From: Chara braunii
Taxonomy: Eukaryota; Plantae; Charophyceae
DNA length: 64,000 bases
Reading direction: 5' to 3'
NCBI GenBank assembly: GCA_003427395.1
Contig: BFEA01000021.1
Span: 3,853,064-3,917,063, forward strand
In this document: positions 23,016 to 36,207 of the stretch, piece by piece
Layout: each line of letters starts with the position of its first letter
Numbering within the stretch: the first letter of the stretch is position 1
Translations under genes and position numbers: made by a program
The notes under the pieces: generated by a model
Databases searched by the model: none
Seen by the model: the letters and a program-made list of their open reading frames with translations, nothing else
Told to the model about the DNA's origin: nothing

Positions 23016-25226
23016 ACCAAATTTTCCCCCTTTTCAATCTTTCTTTCTCTTCTTCCTTCGTTGATCTTCCCTTCTCTCTCTTCTCTTCTTCTCTCTCCTC
23101 CTTATGCCCTGATGGGCGATGTGCGTATGAATCAAGGATCCGTAATGTGATGAATTATGACAATGTGGTGTGAATAGAATTTCGACAAGCATCATGCGTT
23201 CAAAAGGGTGCTGAATAGCGCAGAGAAGACTTAGCCACAAGTCCTGACCTGACCGGAAATGACCCCCTTTTCGTAGTAAAAGATCGTACCGCGGAATTCT
23301 AGAATGCTGATGACTAAACCCAATCAACGTTTACAATGCAGACCAAACATACATCATTCTCACTACACGACATGAAGGGACTGTACAAACGAAGAGGAGA
23401 GGCTAAGATAGAGAAGAGGAGGGGTGTTAGACGAAAGAGCGGGAAAGATGGGTATGCCGTCAACACCAGTCTGTGATACAAGTCCCAAATAATCCCCGTC
23501 CAGTGTCTGAATCGCGATGTTGAGTCTGGATCCAATGTCGTCGAGTCTCGAGTCACAACTCTCTCCCCCTTTTCTCCTTCTCCATCTCTCCTCTCTCCCT
23601 CTCTCTCTTTCTCTCTCTCACACACACACACACACACAACACACGTTCCATCGATAGGATGAGCAAAACGGGATGAATCTTTCACTGAGACGTGGAAATA
23701 TACACTACCACTTTTTGGTCTGCTCATTCTATCGATCCACGTCGCGTGTGGCGAAGCGTGAGTCGGAGACTTAGCTGTTCGGCGATGCGTATCTCACCCA
23801 ATCTCTCCCTCTCTCTCTCACTCGCACTTTCTCCCCTATCTCTCTCACTCTCTCTCTCGATCCGTTGTCGTCGCCATCTTCAGCGTCGTCATCGTCGTCA
23901 GTCGGTCTTCGTCATTGTTGTCTGACCGTACGTTCAGGTACGTATTCTCCCCTTTCTCCTTTTCTCCTTTCCCCCTCCTTCTTTCTTCTCCCTCCTTTCT
24001 TCCTTCTTCCTCTTCTCACCTCCTCTTTTCCCGCCGGCGTTTTCTGCCCCAGTTGCGATCGCTGCCCACCTTTGCGTTGCTTGCCTGCATTCCTTCCCGT
24101 CTCTTTTCTTCGTCTGTGCCCCCGCTGTACTCCAGTGCTCGTATTGCCTGACCCTGCGGCGGGAGCCTACCGACCTTAACCGGTTGGCCTCTTTACTAAG
24201 TGAATCAGTCCCAATATCGGGGCGTGATTCATTTGGGCAACTCGGGGCAGGAAGGTCGTCGAGAAAACACAAAAAAAGTAAAAGAAAATCAAAACTGAAA
24301 CAACGAATCTAACGGGACTCAACCCCGTAATCCCTCCCTACTTTGCCAAGTGTCGAAGCCCCACGACACTCGGTTCTAACTAACAACTAGCTGTACTAAC
24401 TCCTACTTGTAAGGTCGAGGCTTCAAATCCTGCCATTCAGAGGGTGGATGATAAAAAAGAACAAGCCCCGTCCCCTTTTGTAGCTAGCAAAAGAGCTAGC
24501 CCAAGGGCAGGTCGAATTCGATCCCTGTCTCCTTGGCTCAATTGGGCTAGCTCTTACCACGGTATGGTAGAGAGCCGCCTTCCTATAAGTAGGTGTAGTA
24601 GGTTTGACTTTCCCAGCCTGCGTGCTTGTGCACGCTTGCCAGTTAGTGCGTCCGTCCTTAGGCTTGTCGATTTGAGTATGCGCGCGCCCTCAAGGGCACT
24701 TATTTCATCGGAAGGTCCGAAGGCCGGTACTTAGCCGTGGCCGCGGCATCAAGGGTCGTAGCGGGGTAATTACTCAAGTGGTGGGCAGGCTGGTACCACA
24801 CCAAGCAGACGTAGATGTGGCGGATACTCGACCCGGAGGCTGAGTAGGGGAAGACAAAGACCGAAATTCTTTAGAACACCCAGTACCGGAGGGAAGACAG
24901 GCACTGGACCAAGTCTCAGTGCGTGTCATAGACCTACCCGACACAATCATCATTCCAACTGACCCTTCGACCTCTTCTGTCGAGAGGTATTACTACTGAT
25001 CCTAATCACCACGGCGCGCGTCATAATAACGCGTGTGCATTCTTAACGAAATTTTCTTACCAATTTTTCCCCCGGCCTCAGTGGTCGAGGATTTCTCTTC
25101 CAGTGTCACGCCAAGCGTGCACACCCCTCTTATTTCCAGATCGGCTACGTCATGGTAGTTGATGCCGCCATCGTGCCGAATGCAAAGACATGGCAAAATA
25201 CCCTTGTAAGGGTATTTTGTCCGACA

Positions 25227-26177
25227 CCGGACAGGTCACCTCGGTACTGGTCCGACTCCAACCGATGTCCCAGAGGACCCAGCCTGGCCGCGGAGGCTGC
25301 CGGCCCCTATGCATGTCAGAATGCCTGGCTTCACCCACCGGTTCCGCCATCAAGCGCGGCTCGCTTTTCGATGGCTCATGGAGGTACCCACCCCGATCCC
25401 GCGCGCGCATACGGGCGCAAAAAACAAAGGAAATAAATAAATACTAGTAACATAAATTTTGAAAACAAATAAATTATACACGGATAGATACATAAACCCC
25501 CACAGAGCGTGCGGCGATCAGGCGGAAACCGCGGCCCCCAAGATTGCAAAAGGCGAGGGGGATAGTCCCAAAGGCCCATCAACCCCTCAAGCCTTTCCGC
25601 CGCGCTCCTCCGCTCCCTTACCGCACGCTCTTAGCCTCGATCCCTGCACCTCCGCCGCAATAGTCCAATGTCGTAACCGATAGGGCTAAGCCCAAGCCTG
25701 GTACTAGCCGGCGCGACCTCCCATATAAGGTGGTACCGCGCGGTGCTCCGGGCCAAAATACCGCTTCGGCCGTCCTTTCACCCCACATTTGTACCTGCGG
25801 CCCCTAGGTGCCTGTGCCGGGCCACCGCCCCGCGCTGTGGCCATCCCGTGTGCCTACCGGCATGTCAATCCTACCGTCGGTCACGCGCGCCGACCAAAAA
25901 CGGACTCTCGGCCCCTAACCAATCCCGTGGCCTGGTACGGGCCGTACCACGATCCGGGTCGGTCGGCTACCCCGGCCGCCTGCTCAATCAGAAAAATCAC
26001 ATGCGCGCCCTAAAATTGCGCACCCACGTACTCCCTACCGGGACAAGGCATACCTTTGCCTATGTGCTGGCGACCCTCGCATTTCCCGCACGGGCACTCA
26101 GAATCCAGGTTGACCGAGTCTTTCTGTCACTTGCAAAAACCAGGGTGGATACCCTTGTAAGGGTATTTGCGCCGACA
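25227..26177 (-). repeat. Element B 3' LTR remnant
   Basis: Colinear with 51884-52834; ends ATACCCTTGTAAGGGTATTTGCGCCGACA. Confidence 0.92.
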
Positions 26178-28231
26178 GCTTACCGGACCATATTAAGCGA
26201 CGTCCCCGTCGCTCCGCCAGATCAGAAAGCTATAAATTTCTTCACACTCCAAGTGCTGACAAGATTAGAACCAATCCGATTAGCCGACAGACTCAGGGTT
26301 GAGGCCTCCATCAAACCATGCCAACACAACTATATGGGTCCCCATTGTCCTGACATGAGGACGCTGGTGTATTACGCATCAATACTACAGCATAAGTTCC
26401 AAAGGCCCTCAAACCATCCTCTTCCCCTTCGTCCTAGACAACCGTCGGCTCCTCGTTGGGTGTCCCAGTTAGCCTCTATCTCGTAAGTAGAGCCATAACT
26501 AGGGACGCGGGCTTCGAATGGGACCTATGAAGGCATTCTTTGCCTTCTTCTAACAAATTCCTCTCAAACAAAATACACACGTATAAGCTGGTAGCCTCTC
26601 TCGGCCTTTTCTGCAGTCTAGTACAAAAATGTCAGGTCCCCATCTGGGCCCACCGTAGCCTGGCTGATCGGGCCAGGTCTACGGCCCACCACATTGTTAT
26701 CTTAGCGGCGGTATCCTCCCATTGGTTATACGATGATAGGCGCTCTTCCTGACAATCAGTCAGTCAGGGTTTTCCAAAAGACTCGACTCTTATCCCGCGG
26801 GGTAATTTCTCTGGGGCGGGCAACTCCCCTTAAACTCTTACCTCGCGGGCCCGCAGCCAGGTTGTGCCGGCCAGCAGCCATCCACTAGGGGTTGCGCCCA
26901 GGTGGCACTAAACTTTACCGTTAGCTTGGTATTCCCTCAAATATGTCTAAGGATTAGCACAGGTGGCCCGACGGGGCATCACAAACAATTCACGGGCCGC
27001 TGCGGGACTACGCAGGGGTCTGAAGGCATTTACCGACCCTCCCATAATAGGCACGACACCTTTCGCTCAATCACAAACAGTCCCCTTGCCGGATCCACAA
27101 GGCCGCGGCTCCTGACTTGATCAGAGCCAGTAGTCGCCCACCCTGAGGCATCTCTCGCCCTTTTCAAACGGCTCAAGCAAACATGGTTCCCCCCTCGTCA
27201 GGCTTTATCAACACAAACATTGCTTTCCATACCATTTAATTTTTTCCCACCCTTACTCGACGGAGGGTGTTTCTTACAAAAGATTTCACGGTCATCCCTT
27301 CTCTGTATGGGATGACTCTTCACACGACCTCTCCCAACCCATGAAGGGGCCTTGATAATAATGCAATTCCCACCTTGCAGAACCATGAAGGGGGTCTCAG
27401 TCACCAAACAACTCAAACTGAGGGACCCCCTTCTGGGTCCCTGTACAACTTAGACAATCAATATTTGGTGTGGCCTAAACATGCAAATTCTTAAATCCAT
27501 CAATCCCGTAGGATTCTCACAATTTTTCACAAACAGGCCGCACTCCCCCTCCTTATACTCTGCCCTCTCGCCCGCTTGTAAGCAGACCGCACGAGTATAC
27601 CGGAGGGTAGACAGCTTCACTGTTTACACAATCATACATACGAGGCGTATCCTGTACACCTCCCACACAAAGCCAATCATACATTAAGACAAAGCCACAC
27701 ATGTAAGAGTGATAGTGGTCGTCACAAGACAAGTCTCATAGAGTCTAAGCTCATGATACGCTCAGGGAGTGGAACGCCTCCCTCAAGACCCAAACACAAA
27801 CACCCAACTCAAACTCTGTTCACCCGAGCATGGCTCCCGACCCCACTGTACACCCGCGGAATACACTCGGGGACACAACACCTGCCAAAATCTAATGGGC
27901 GCCTAACCCCCTGTCTCACCTAGCTAGGGGAACTCATACCCAAGTCTCCCTCAAAACTCAAGTAGTCTATGCACCGCGAAATCAAAAGTGGACTAAACAG
28001 CCCCATGTGTCCTACGGCCGATTCTCATGCCCTAAGCCATAGCCTATGAAAGAAAAACTCAAAGAACCTCAATCAACTATATCTGAATAAGCAGGCAGGG
28101 ACTCATCCTACCACCTCTGAAGTATGCACACATCTAGGGCCCCCTCTGCCAACTAAACATATGTACACCTCCAACCTGCCCCCCTGTGTACCAACTACTC
28201 TAACCGTAGTGACACATAGACAGACCAATCC

Positions 28232-31191
28232 CTACTTACACAATTCCTCTTGGTTCTGCCTATACAACTGAGCCCTGCCCCCATCTGTAGCTCGCTCTAC
28301 TATCCTGCCCTGCCTGTCGTAGAACTTGCCGTTGGACTCCACAACGCGCCCCTCGGCTTTATCCTCGAGGAGTTCTGGGCAGTCCACGGCTCTATGCCCT
28401 TCCTCCTTGCACCAAAAAGAGGAGGTATCGTGCCACGTGGCAGTCTTCTTCTTTCTCCCCTGCGAACTCGATGCCGAAGGCGTCCCCATGGTCTCAGTAC
28501 TCACCTCATGACACGAGGGCAATCCCAGATGGCCCTGAGGTCCGGGCTCCATAGCCTCAGCACCCTCACACCTTCGTGCGGCTGTGCTCACCGGCCTGCA
28601 GTCTGGCATATCTAACCCTCGGGGGCCCTCCTCATGAGGCCCCTCTGTCACCACCACCTCATCCCCACATGCTCCTGACGGCTGAGAGCCCCCCATCGCG
28701 GTGAGCTCACTCATGACCTNNNNNNNNNNNNNNNNNNNNNNNNNNNNNNNNNNNNNNNNNNNNNNNNNNNNNNNNNNNNNNNNNNNNNNNNNNNNNNNNN
28801 NNNNNNNNNNNNNNNNNNNNNNNNNNNNNNNNNNNNNNNNNNNNNNNNNNNNNNNNNNNNNNNNNNNNNNNNNNNNNNNCTCACTCATGACCTCCTGCCG
28901 CTGCCCTCCTCATGAGGCCCCTCTGTCACCACCACCTCATCCCCACATGCTCCTGACGGCTGAGAGCCCCCCATGGCGGTGAGCTCACTCATGACCTCCT
29001 GCCGCTGCTGTTGCCGCAAGTCAAGCCCTCCTAAGCTCGTCCCCGTGGCCCAGGAGCCCAGCTCCGCCCTCAACTCTCCCAACCTCGGGGCATGTTCTGG
29101 AGCATCGAGTCTCTGAGGCCCCTCCTGTGGCGTGCCTATCCCCATGGCTGCCGCCAACTCATGCAAACTCGACCCTCTCCTCTCCGTGGACATAGCCATA
29201 AGTGACTCTTGTGCGCCACCCTCCTCTCTGGCCGTGTCCAAGGGCACCTCCTCCACGGGCTCAGCCTGCTGAGGGACCTCCACCGCTGCTCCCTGGCTCG
29301 GCGAAGCGCGCATCCCTCGGCCCTGGCCATCGGCACCGGCTCGTCCCGCCTGACTAGCCTCCCAGGCCGCCGAGAGCCTACCCACAACGGCTGCCATCTC
29401 CCCAAATCTCCTCTCCCACTCAACCTCTCTGGCCTGGCTCCTCGCCTTTTCCTCGGCAAGCCGAGTAGTCAGGTGCTCTACCTCCAACTCTTTGACCCTG
29501 AGCTCGTTGCTGAGTAGGTTATACCACTGGAAGGACGTAACTGCCATCTCACATATCCTCCGATCCATGCGCTCGATCGCCATCCTGGTCGCAGAGAATC
29601 CCACGTCTCCCATCTCCCTCAACTCACTCGTCCCCTCGCCTGTCGGTCCTGCCTCTCGTGGCCTCTGGCGGGCTGCATCCCTCTGGCTCTCATACCTAGT
29701 CCACAATTCGTCGTGCTCGCTCGACTTGGGCTCGACCGGCGGTGTCGACTCTATTCCCGCTGCCTCCATCTCAGCCTGCCTTGCATGTATTTCATCCAGA
29801 CGGATCCGCACTCGGGCGGACTTCTCTTCGCGGGTTTCTCTCGGGGTTCTTCTCACTTGCGGCCCCTGGCCCCCTGGAGTCGACGCCTCCCCCTCCATCC
29901 CTTCGCTCGCGCATGGCACTACTAGCGGTAACTCTGCTGGAACGGGATCCTCGATAACCGGGCTCTTGGTCACATGCGTGGCCGAGGGCAAGTCAAGGGG
30001 CGCCTCCATCCTCGCTCTCTCACACACTCCCTGATTCTCCGCCTCTGCCTCCTGCTCACGCATAGTGCTGGCCTCAGGGGGAGACTCCGAAATCTCCTCG
30101 CTGCCCGGTTCAGGAATCCCCTCTGGCCATGAACGCTGTGCTGGCTCTGGAGCTGGGGAGCATGGAGGGGTATCGTCCCCAACCGTGATCACCTCCCCTT
30201 CCTGAGGCCGTACCGGATCCGGCCGCTCGGCTGCCATCTCAGGATCCTGTGGCTCCTCTTGGCCCCGCATGTCTGTCTCCGTCTCGGTGTCCAAGGGTTC
30301 CTCCAATGGCACATAGTACGTCGGCTCAACTAAGCCCTCCCCCAATCGTGAGGCCTCCCATCGAGATGCATCCAGATGAGTCGCTAAGCTTCGGAATGGC
30401 GTCTCTCTCGGTATATCCAGTTCCTGCGCTGATTGCAATGGCGAGGGCGGTCTCAACTCCTCGCTCGTAATCCGCCGAAACTCCACCGCCCGGAGGCCAC
30501 AAGCAGGGAGCGACTCCTCTGCCAATGCGGGCCCTACGGGTTCATCCTCCCGCTGGGCAGGGGCTCCCCTCCTCTCTCTGGCCAGCCTCGCCTCTCTCGG
30601 TGCCGGTTCCCTTGGCCTCTTGCTTCGCCATCGCCTCTCAACTCTGGGCTCGTGCCTCTCGTGCTATGGCCGTCCGAACACCCTCCTGAGCTGGGCTTGA
30701 CAGTCCTCCCAGTCTCGAGCCCTCTCCCGAATCTGTTTGGCCACCTGCCTCTCTGCCCCCCTAGTCCAGATGAGTAGGGCCTGCACCCATTCCTCCTGCG
30801 CAATTCCCAGACTCAGCATGTAGTGCTCATACGCGGGGATGAACTCATCCGCGTTCCCCTCCTCCAATCGAATGGGCATGCCATCACGCCCTCTGGGGGA
30901 AGCTCTCAACCTCTGCATCCCGGCCTCCACGTCTGGCCAAGTCAGGGCCTCCTCACATATCTGAGCGACAGGCTCCTCGAACCGCCCTACACCCCTCAAG
31001 TGGTAGATCCTCTCCGCCACTGACCACCCTCTCTGTGTCGCATGATCCAGATATACGTCCAGGAAGAGCTCAATGTTGTCGTCATCGAACTCAGGCGTAG
31101 GCTCCCTCCTAGGCAGCCCATGCTGCTCGCCCCCTCCTGCTATCCTCTGGAGTCCCTGGCGTGGCCGTGTGTCCCTCCCGCCCCTCTGCAT
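28232..31191 (-). pseudogene. Element B ORF3: second Gag-like protein (2x capsid-like domain, long acidic/Pro-rich and coiled-coil region, degenerate CCHC knuckle)
   Basis: 30664-31248 (PEFDDDNIELFLDVY..RGW..TW; RLEEGNADEFIPAYE..DW) is in frame with 28885-30525. C-terminal SFWCKEEGHRAVDC lies after the N gap. Confidence 0.75.
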
Positions 31192-31349
31192 GACTGGCTT
31201 CGAAAAGTCAGACCTGCACAACAGGCGAAAGACAACAAACAGGCACACAGCAGGGTCAGCAACCGAGTCATTGGCCTAGGAAAATCCCACATACTCTCCA
31301 CACCCATCCACCTCAATCACCCACCTATCCAATCATTCGACGAGGGTAG

Positions 31350-32967
31350 AGCCTAGGCGGGACTCTATTCCTAACGAGGTCTCGTGGTGCCTTACCTATT
31401 CCCTGGCCACGAACTTCAGCCTTGTCCCCGATACCCAATCCTGCCACCCTGCCCCATCCAGCTCTTCAATTTGGTAGACCCCAAACTCGCCACACCGCAC
31501 GATCCTATAAGGTCCTAACTATTGTTTGTCTAGCTTCCTGGACCATTGTTTTTCCAACGAGGAGTCATACAGCAATACCACATCTCCAACCTTCAACGGG
31601 TCCTTCCTTATTCGGGCCATTTGGTCCCATCTCATCTTGTCCTCTATACAACTTCTCTCCACCTGGCCAGCGGCCTCTCGTAATCTCTCCTCAGCGGCTT
31701 CCACCTGCCGCGCCCATATATCGAGCAGTTCTTCGAATGCCAGGTTCACTTCGAGGTCCTGGCGCCTCCACGTCTTCATAAAGCTTTCTATGGGAAAGGT
31801 GGCGTGCCTTCCGTACCATAGCGTGGCTGGCGCATACTTGGTATTCCTTTTCACTGTAACATTTTCCACAAAGAATGTCGTTCTCAGGAATTTCGGCCAC
31901 TGGTTGGGCCTCCCCTCAGTCCACTTAGCCAAGAGGTTCGTGATGGTACTATGCCCTCTCTCCACAGGAGCGTTTGCCTGGGGGTGCGCAGCAGTAGTAT
32001 AGTTCGCTACAACGCCATACCCCGCAAGTAAGGTCCGTACCTCGTTACAGGTGAATTCCGACCCCCGGTCCATCACCAACTTTTTGACGAACGGATAGCG
32101 CAGGTAGTATTCCTCGATGCACCTTGCCAAAACTGGGCCAGTCTTTGTGCGAATAGCCCGACCGTCAACGAACCCGGTAAGGTTGTCCCGTGCATCGAAG
32201 ATATAGTTACTTTCATCCTCCCCGAGTGGCATGAACAACAGGTCCAGGTGTACGACCGCACCCACTTCCCTTTCCAGCCTGGGGTGCAGAGGCTCCCCAG
32301 GCCTTTGCGCTGACCTTTGTTGGCAAGGTACATAGGACTGGCAGTACTTGATGACCATAGTCAGCATTCCATCCCAATGGTATAACTCGCTTATCTTCGT
32401 GCACGTGGCACTAACCCCTTGGAGCCCCCCTGCTATACCATCGTGTAAGACTGCTATGACATCAATCTGCCGGTTCCTCCCACATACGATCCTCATGGGG
32501 TTCTCAACCTGTCCCTTTATAAACAGGTGGTCATCTCTTACTACGTAGAGGTGTCTCATCTTCTGGGCTTTTTCACTTGCGTCCCTATCCCTTATCTCGC
32601 ACGACAGGAGTAACCCTAACTCTCGATAGATCCCGTCATACTCCTCAGCACGGAAGGCCTCCCTAATCTCTCCCTCTTCGAACTCGTCGTCCTGGCTCTC
32701 AGGAATAAGAAGTTCGCCCTTCTCGGAACCGGTTGCGCTCCTCTGGTCAAAGTTCCCCTGCAGGAGCGTGTTGGTAAGCAAGTACATTCCTCGCATTAGT
32801 TGCTCATGCTCCTCTACCTGGTTGGACCCTCCTCTATCGTCCTTACTTCCTCCGCTAGACTATGTGTCCCTGCGAATGTCAACCTCATCATCCAGCCTAC
32901 ATCCCTACTCCCCCACGGATCTTCTTCCTGGAAGGGTTTAAGGACCAACTCCTCCTTCTGCTCGTAC
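31350..32967 (-). pseudogene. pol: Element B integrase (3' part of pol)
   Basis: ORF 31519-32796: HLDLL, MDRGSEF, HPQANAPVERGH; strongly similar to the A integrase. Confidence 0.95.
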
Positions 32968-33621
32968 CAGAGTTCGCAACTAGGATTTTTAGGAATAACT
33001 GTAACTAAACTAACCACACACTTTTCGCAAACCAACCAACCGTAACCACTGTATACCAGGCCTACCGCATCTCTACCTACCTCCAACTGATAAAAAAAAA
33101 AAAAACGAGTAACTGTACCCGCCCATACGTGAACCTCTGCAGACTTTAACTGCTCGTACCCGCCCTTTTTTTTTTTCTTTTTTTTTACCACCCATGGCTA
33201 ACTGATCCGAAAAAAAAAATGGGTAACTACACCCGCCCATACTTGAACCTCTGCAGACTGTAACTGCCCATACCCGCCCTTGTTTTTTTTTTTTTTTTCA
33301 ACCACCCATGGCTAACTGAACCCCAACCGTGTCTTAACCACCCGTACCATACTCAACCGAAATCTTCCTAACCCGTGTCCACCCGTACCCGCAACCCCAT
33401 GCACCCACAATTGTATGCACCTGTCTGTAACCGCCCGCACCTGTTACCCACCCTCCCCTAACTGCCCCTAACTGCCCCTCACTACTGCAGCAGATGTGCT
33501 GCTGCACTGCTCCATCTGCTGCATCATCTGCTACACTGCTGCATCTGCTGCCCCAAACCAAATAATTGAGAAAAACAACCACACCATGTGACCACATAAA
33601 AAAAAAACAGTCTTCAGACTC

Positions 33622-33655
<34 letters not shown>

Positions 33656-33900
33656 CAGAACCTCGCGGTTCTGGCTCCCGCCATTCTGGGGAGCAACGAT
33701 CCAGTATGCATTCCACCGGCAAGTCAATATGAAATACATTGGAAACTCACAGACGCTCCTCCCCATTATGGTTGGGAGGTCTGAGTGGGCGACATTGATT
33801 ACTTCCTTGTGGCAGGATGTACCCCCCCTCACCCCTGCCTAAGTTAACCTGCATTGCTCTGCATTGAAAGTTGACAACCTGCAGATCTACAGTACCCGCA

Positions 33901-36207
33901 TCATATGACCACATCGCAATTAGAGCGAACAAAGAGAACGTCATTCACCACAAATGGATTGAGCAGGTTTCTTTTCTTCGTGACAGTGTTTCCTGCGTCC
34001 GAGAAATTGCACTCGCTCTCGGAACTGGACGCAGGAACACACAGGATTCCACGAGCTGCACGGGCCATAATCGGTAGTGGTGGCAGCAACAATTGGTCCT
34101 CTGCATTCTTTGCAACAGTCCCTTTCGCCTTCCACCACACAAGGATGTCGAACTTCTTCTTCTCTTCTTTTGTGAGCTTCAAGCCGGAGTAGAACTCCAA
34201 TTGGTCCTCTGCGTTCTTTGCAACAGTCCCTTTCGCCTTCCACCACACAAGGATGTCGAACTTCTTCTTCTCTTCTTTTGTGAGCTTCAAGCCGGAGTAG
34301 AACTCCAACTCCTTTCTTACACGCTGTTGCAACGTTAATGGCCTCATATGAGCGATGGGCTGGTCCTCCTCATCTTCGTCCGTACTACACAACGTCAGCC
34401 TGTCGGGGAATATCTCTCGCGGGCGTTTTTTTTTGCGCTTCAGCGGCGCCTCCCTTCTGCTGCTGCAGGTTCTTCACTTGCCTCTGCACTTGTGTCTTTG
34501 ACACTGTGCATAATTTCTTGCAAACAACTTCGTCCACGCTCAACTTGGGTTTTCGACAACCCGAAACGATCCAGCTCGTCCTTCTTTCGCGGGTCCAGCA
34601 AAGCTGCAGCAATGTGAAGATCATCTAAGATCCATTTCTCCCGCAACACATCCTCGATCAACGACTTCACGACTATGATATCGTCTGAGTCTGATGGGAT
34701 TGTGAACTTCTTACCATCAGCGTCCTTGCAGTAGTATGGCTCAGTACGCGGTTTGCAGTACTCCAAGAGAGCACTACGCTCAAACACAACCAGGTGCAAT
34801 GTCGGTTCCAGATATTTTTCCAACGCAAGGGTGGCAGTCTGAAACCGTTTCAAAAACCGTGGCAGAGCTGCAAGCGACGTCTTGTCAATTCTCGTGATGA
34901 GAAATTGTTTGTTCGCCTGCCGATTCGTGTTGGCTATCCTTGCGAGGACAGTAGTGACATCATCATAACCGTCCAAAATGTTGTTCAGGGAAATCAGCAA
35001 TGAATTCCATCGTGTTGCATTCTTTTGCTTCAGTGTCTTGTTCAAACAATTTTGCAAGTTCGCTTGTTTGAAATACCGTACCAACTTCTTGCAGTTGTCA
35101 ATCATTTCAAATAAGTGTGGTGCATACTTATGATACTTGTAAAACGGCGCGGAGCGAACTCCGTCCGTTGTAGTTGTCGTTTTGTTGAATACCGTTGTCA
35201 AGACGGTCGCGATTTTATGGTCTGAGCATGCCATCCACTTGTAATATTTCCGGATCCCTTCTGCTGCAGCCATGTTCGACCCACTATCTGTGTACACCAC
35301 ACATTTCTCATCATCTGTGCAGCCAAATCTTGAAGGCATTCTTGGAATGCCTTGAGAACGGCTGTCCGGTGTGTGAATCCTCGCGAAATGCTCTCACCTG
35401 TAAATTGCGCGCATGCAACTTAAACGCCACGTCGATATAATGCATGGTGACAGACATAAATGAATTTTTTTTTACCTCATCTGTCCACATGTCCGCTGTG
35501 AAACCTGCATGCCCACCGTCAGTGAAATGGTCTGTCACCATTTGTTTCACCTTCTCGCGGACGAAGGCGGTTGTCCCGAGAACATGACGTTTGACTATGT
35601 TGGGGACCGGCATGACCTTCCCCATGTCCATAGCCTTGCCCACAGCCACGCCCATGTCGTACGCTTCCTGTATAGTATCTACAAAGCCCCGGTCGCCTAC
35701 CACGTTGAAGGGTCGCAAGTCTTTGCAGCACCACATGGCGGCCTTCTTGGCCATCCTGTTTTTTTGAGTTGTTGAAGGCACGACAGAAGTCGCAAAGAGG
35801 CGCATGAGGCCTGCTCCTTCTGGCTCCTTGAGACAATTGTGTTGTTGCAAAGTACTTGTTCCATGTGCGGAGCTGAACGCATACACTCTGAAGCAGCGTT
35901 TGCAGGCTACATATCCGTTGTTGTGCTCCCACACGGGAGCACCACCAGCGGAATGGACATGGGCAAATGATTTTCAGATATCGGAAGCGTTTTCGTTCTC
36001 ATCTACTAAAACAAAAGGAGCGTCGGTTCCCCCTTTTTTAAATGCTGTCTGAACGACCACTTTAAAGTGTTTCATATCAGTGGTCGTCGCGGAAGACCCT
36101 ACTGTCCCGGTGGTTTTGTTGTGTTCCATCACTGGCGTTTTGTGTCCGGGGTCAGACTGATCTAAATCGTCTGAAGACGCGAGCCCCTCTTGCCGAGCAG
36201 GATCCAT
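33901..36207 (-). pseudogene. hAT transposase (BED zinc finger, DDE, C-terminal dimerisation domain), with stop and frameshifts
   Basis: CKRC...GTSTLQQH, KDLRPF, TADMWTD, TDSGSN, CSDH, TRWNS, LLDPR, WWK, PASSSESECNFS. Confidence 0.93.

Larger units (their letters stand above)
1266..25226 (-). mobile_element. Ty3/gypsy LTR retrotransposon A (extra ORFs, gag-PR, RT-RH-IN, ORF3), decayed, left end truncated by nested insertion
   Basis: Domain order PR-RT-RH-IN on minus strand; tRNA-Asp PBS at 13890-13909; direct repeat 1266-1749 = 24743-25226, both ending GTCCGACA. Confidence 0.88.
13912..25226 (-). repeat. Element A 5' LTR (~11.3 kb as assembled, may include secondary insertions)
   Basis: Bounded by TATCGCGCG (mutated TGTCG) next to the PBS and by GTCCGACA at 25226. 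Only the terminal 484 bp can be verified against the other copy; ~1.4 kb is verified against LTR C. Confidence 0.6.

Noticed and set aside
23145-23220. GTGATGA...CTGA possible C/D snoRNA
   Set aside because: Short motifs expected by chance; no terminal stem or recognisable guide sequence.
25743-26486. 247-aa plus-strand ORF (and its copy at 52400-52936)
   Set aside because: GC-rich LTR sequence; the ORF runs across the LTR boundary into unrelated flanks and has no domain.
28630-29000. Repeated VMSELTAMGGSQPSGACGDEVVVTEGPHEEG segment either side of the N gap
   Set aside because: Probably gap-flanking assembly redundancy rather than a protein repeat.
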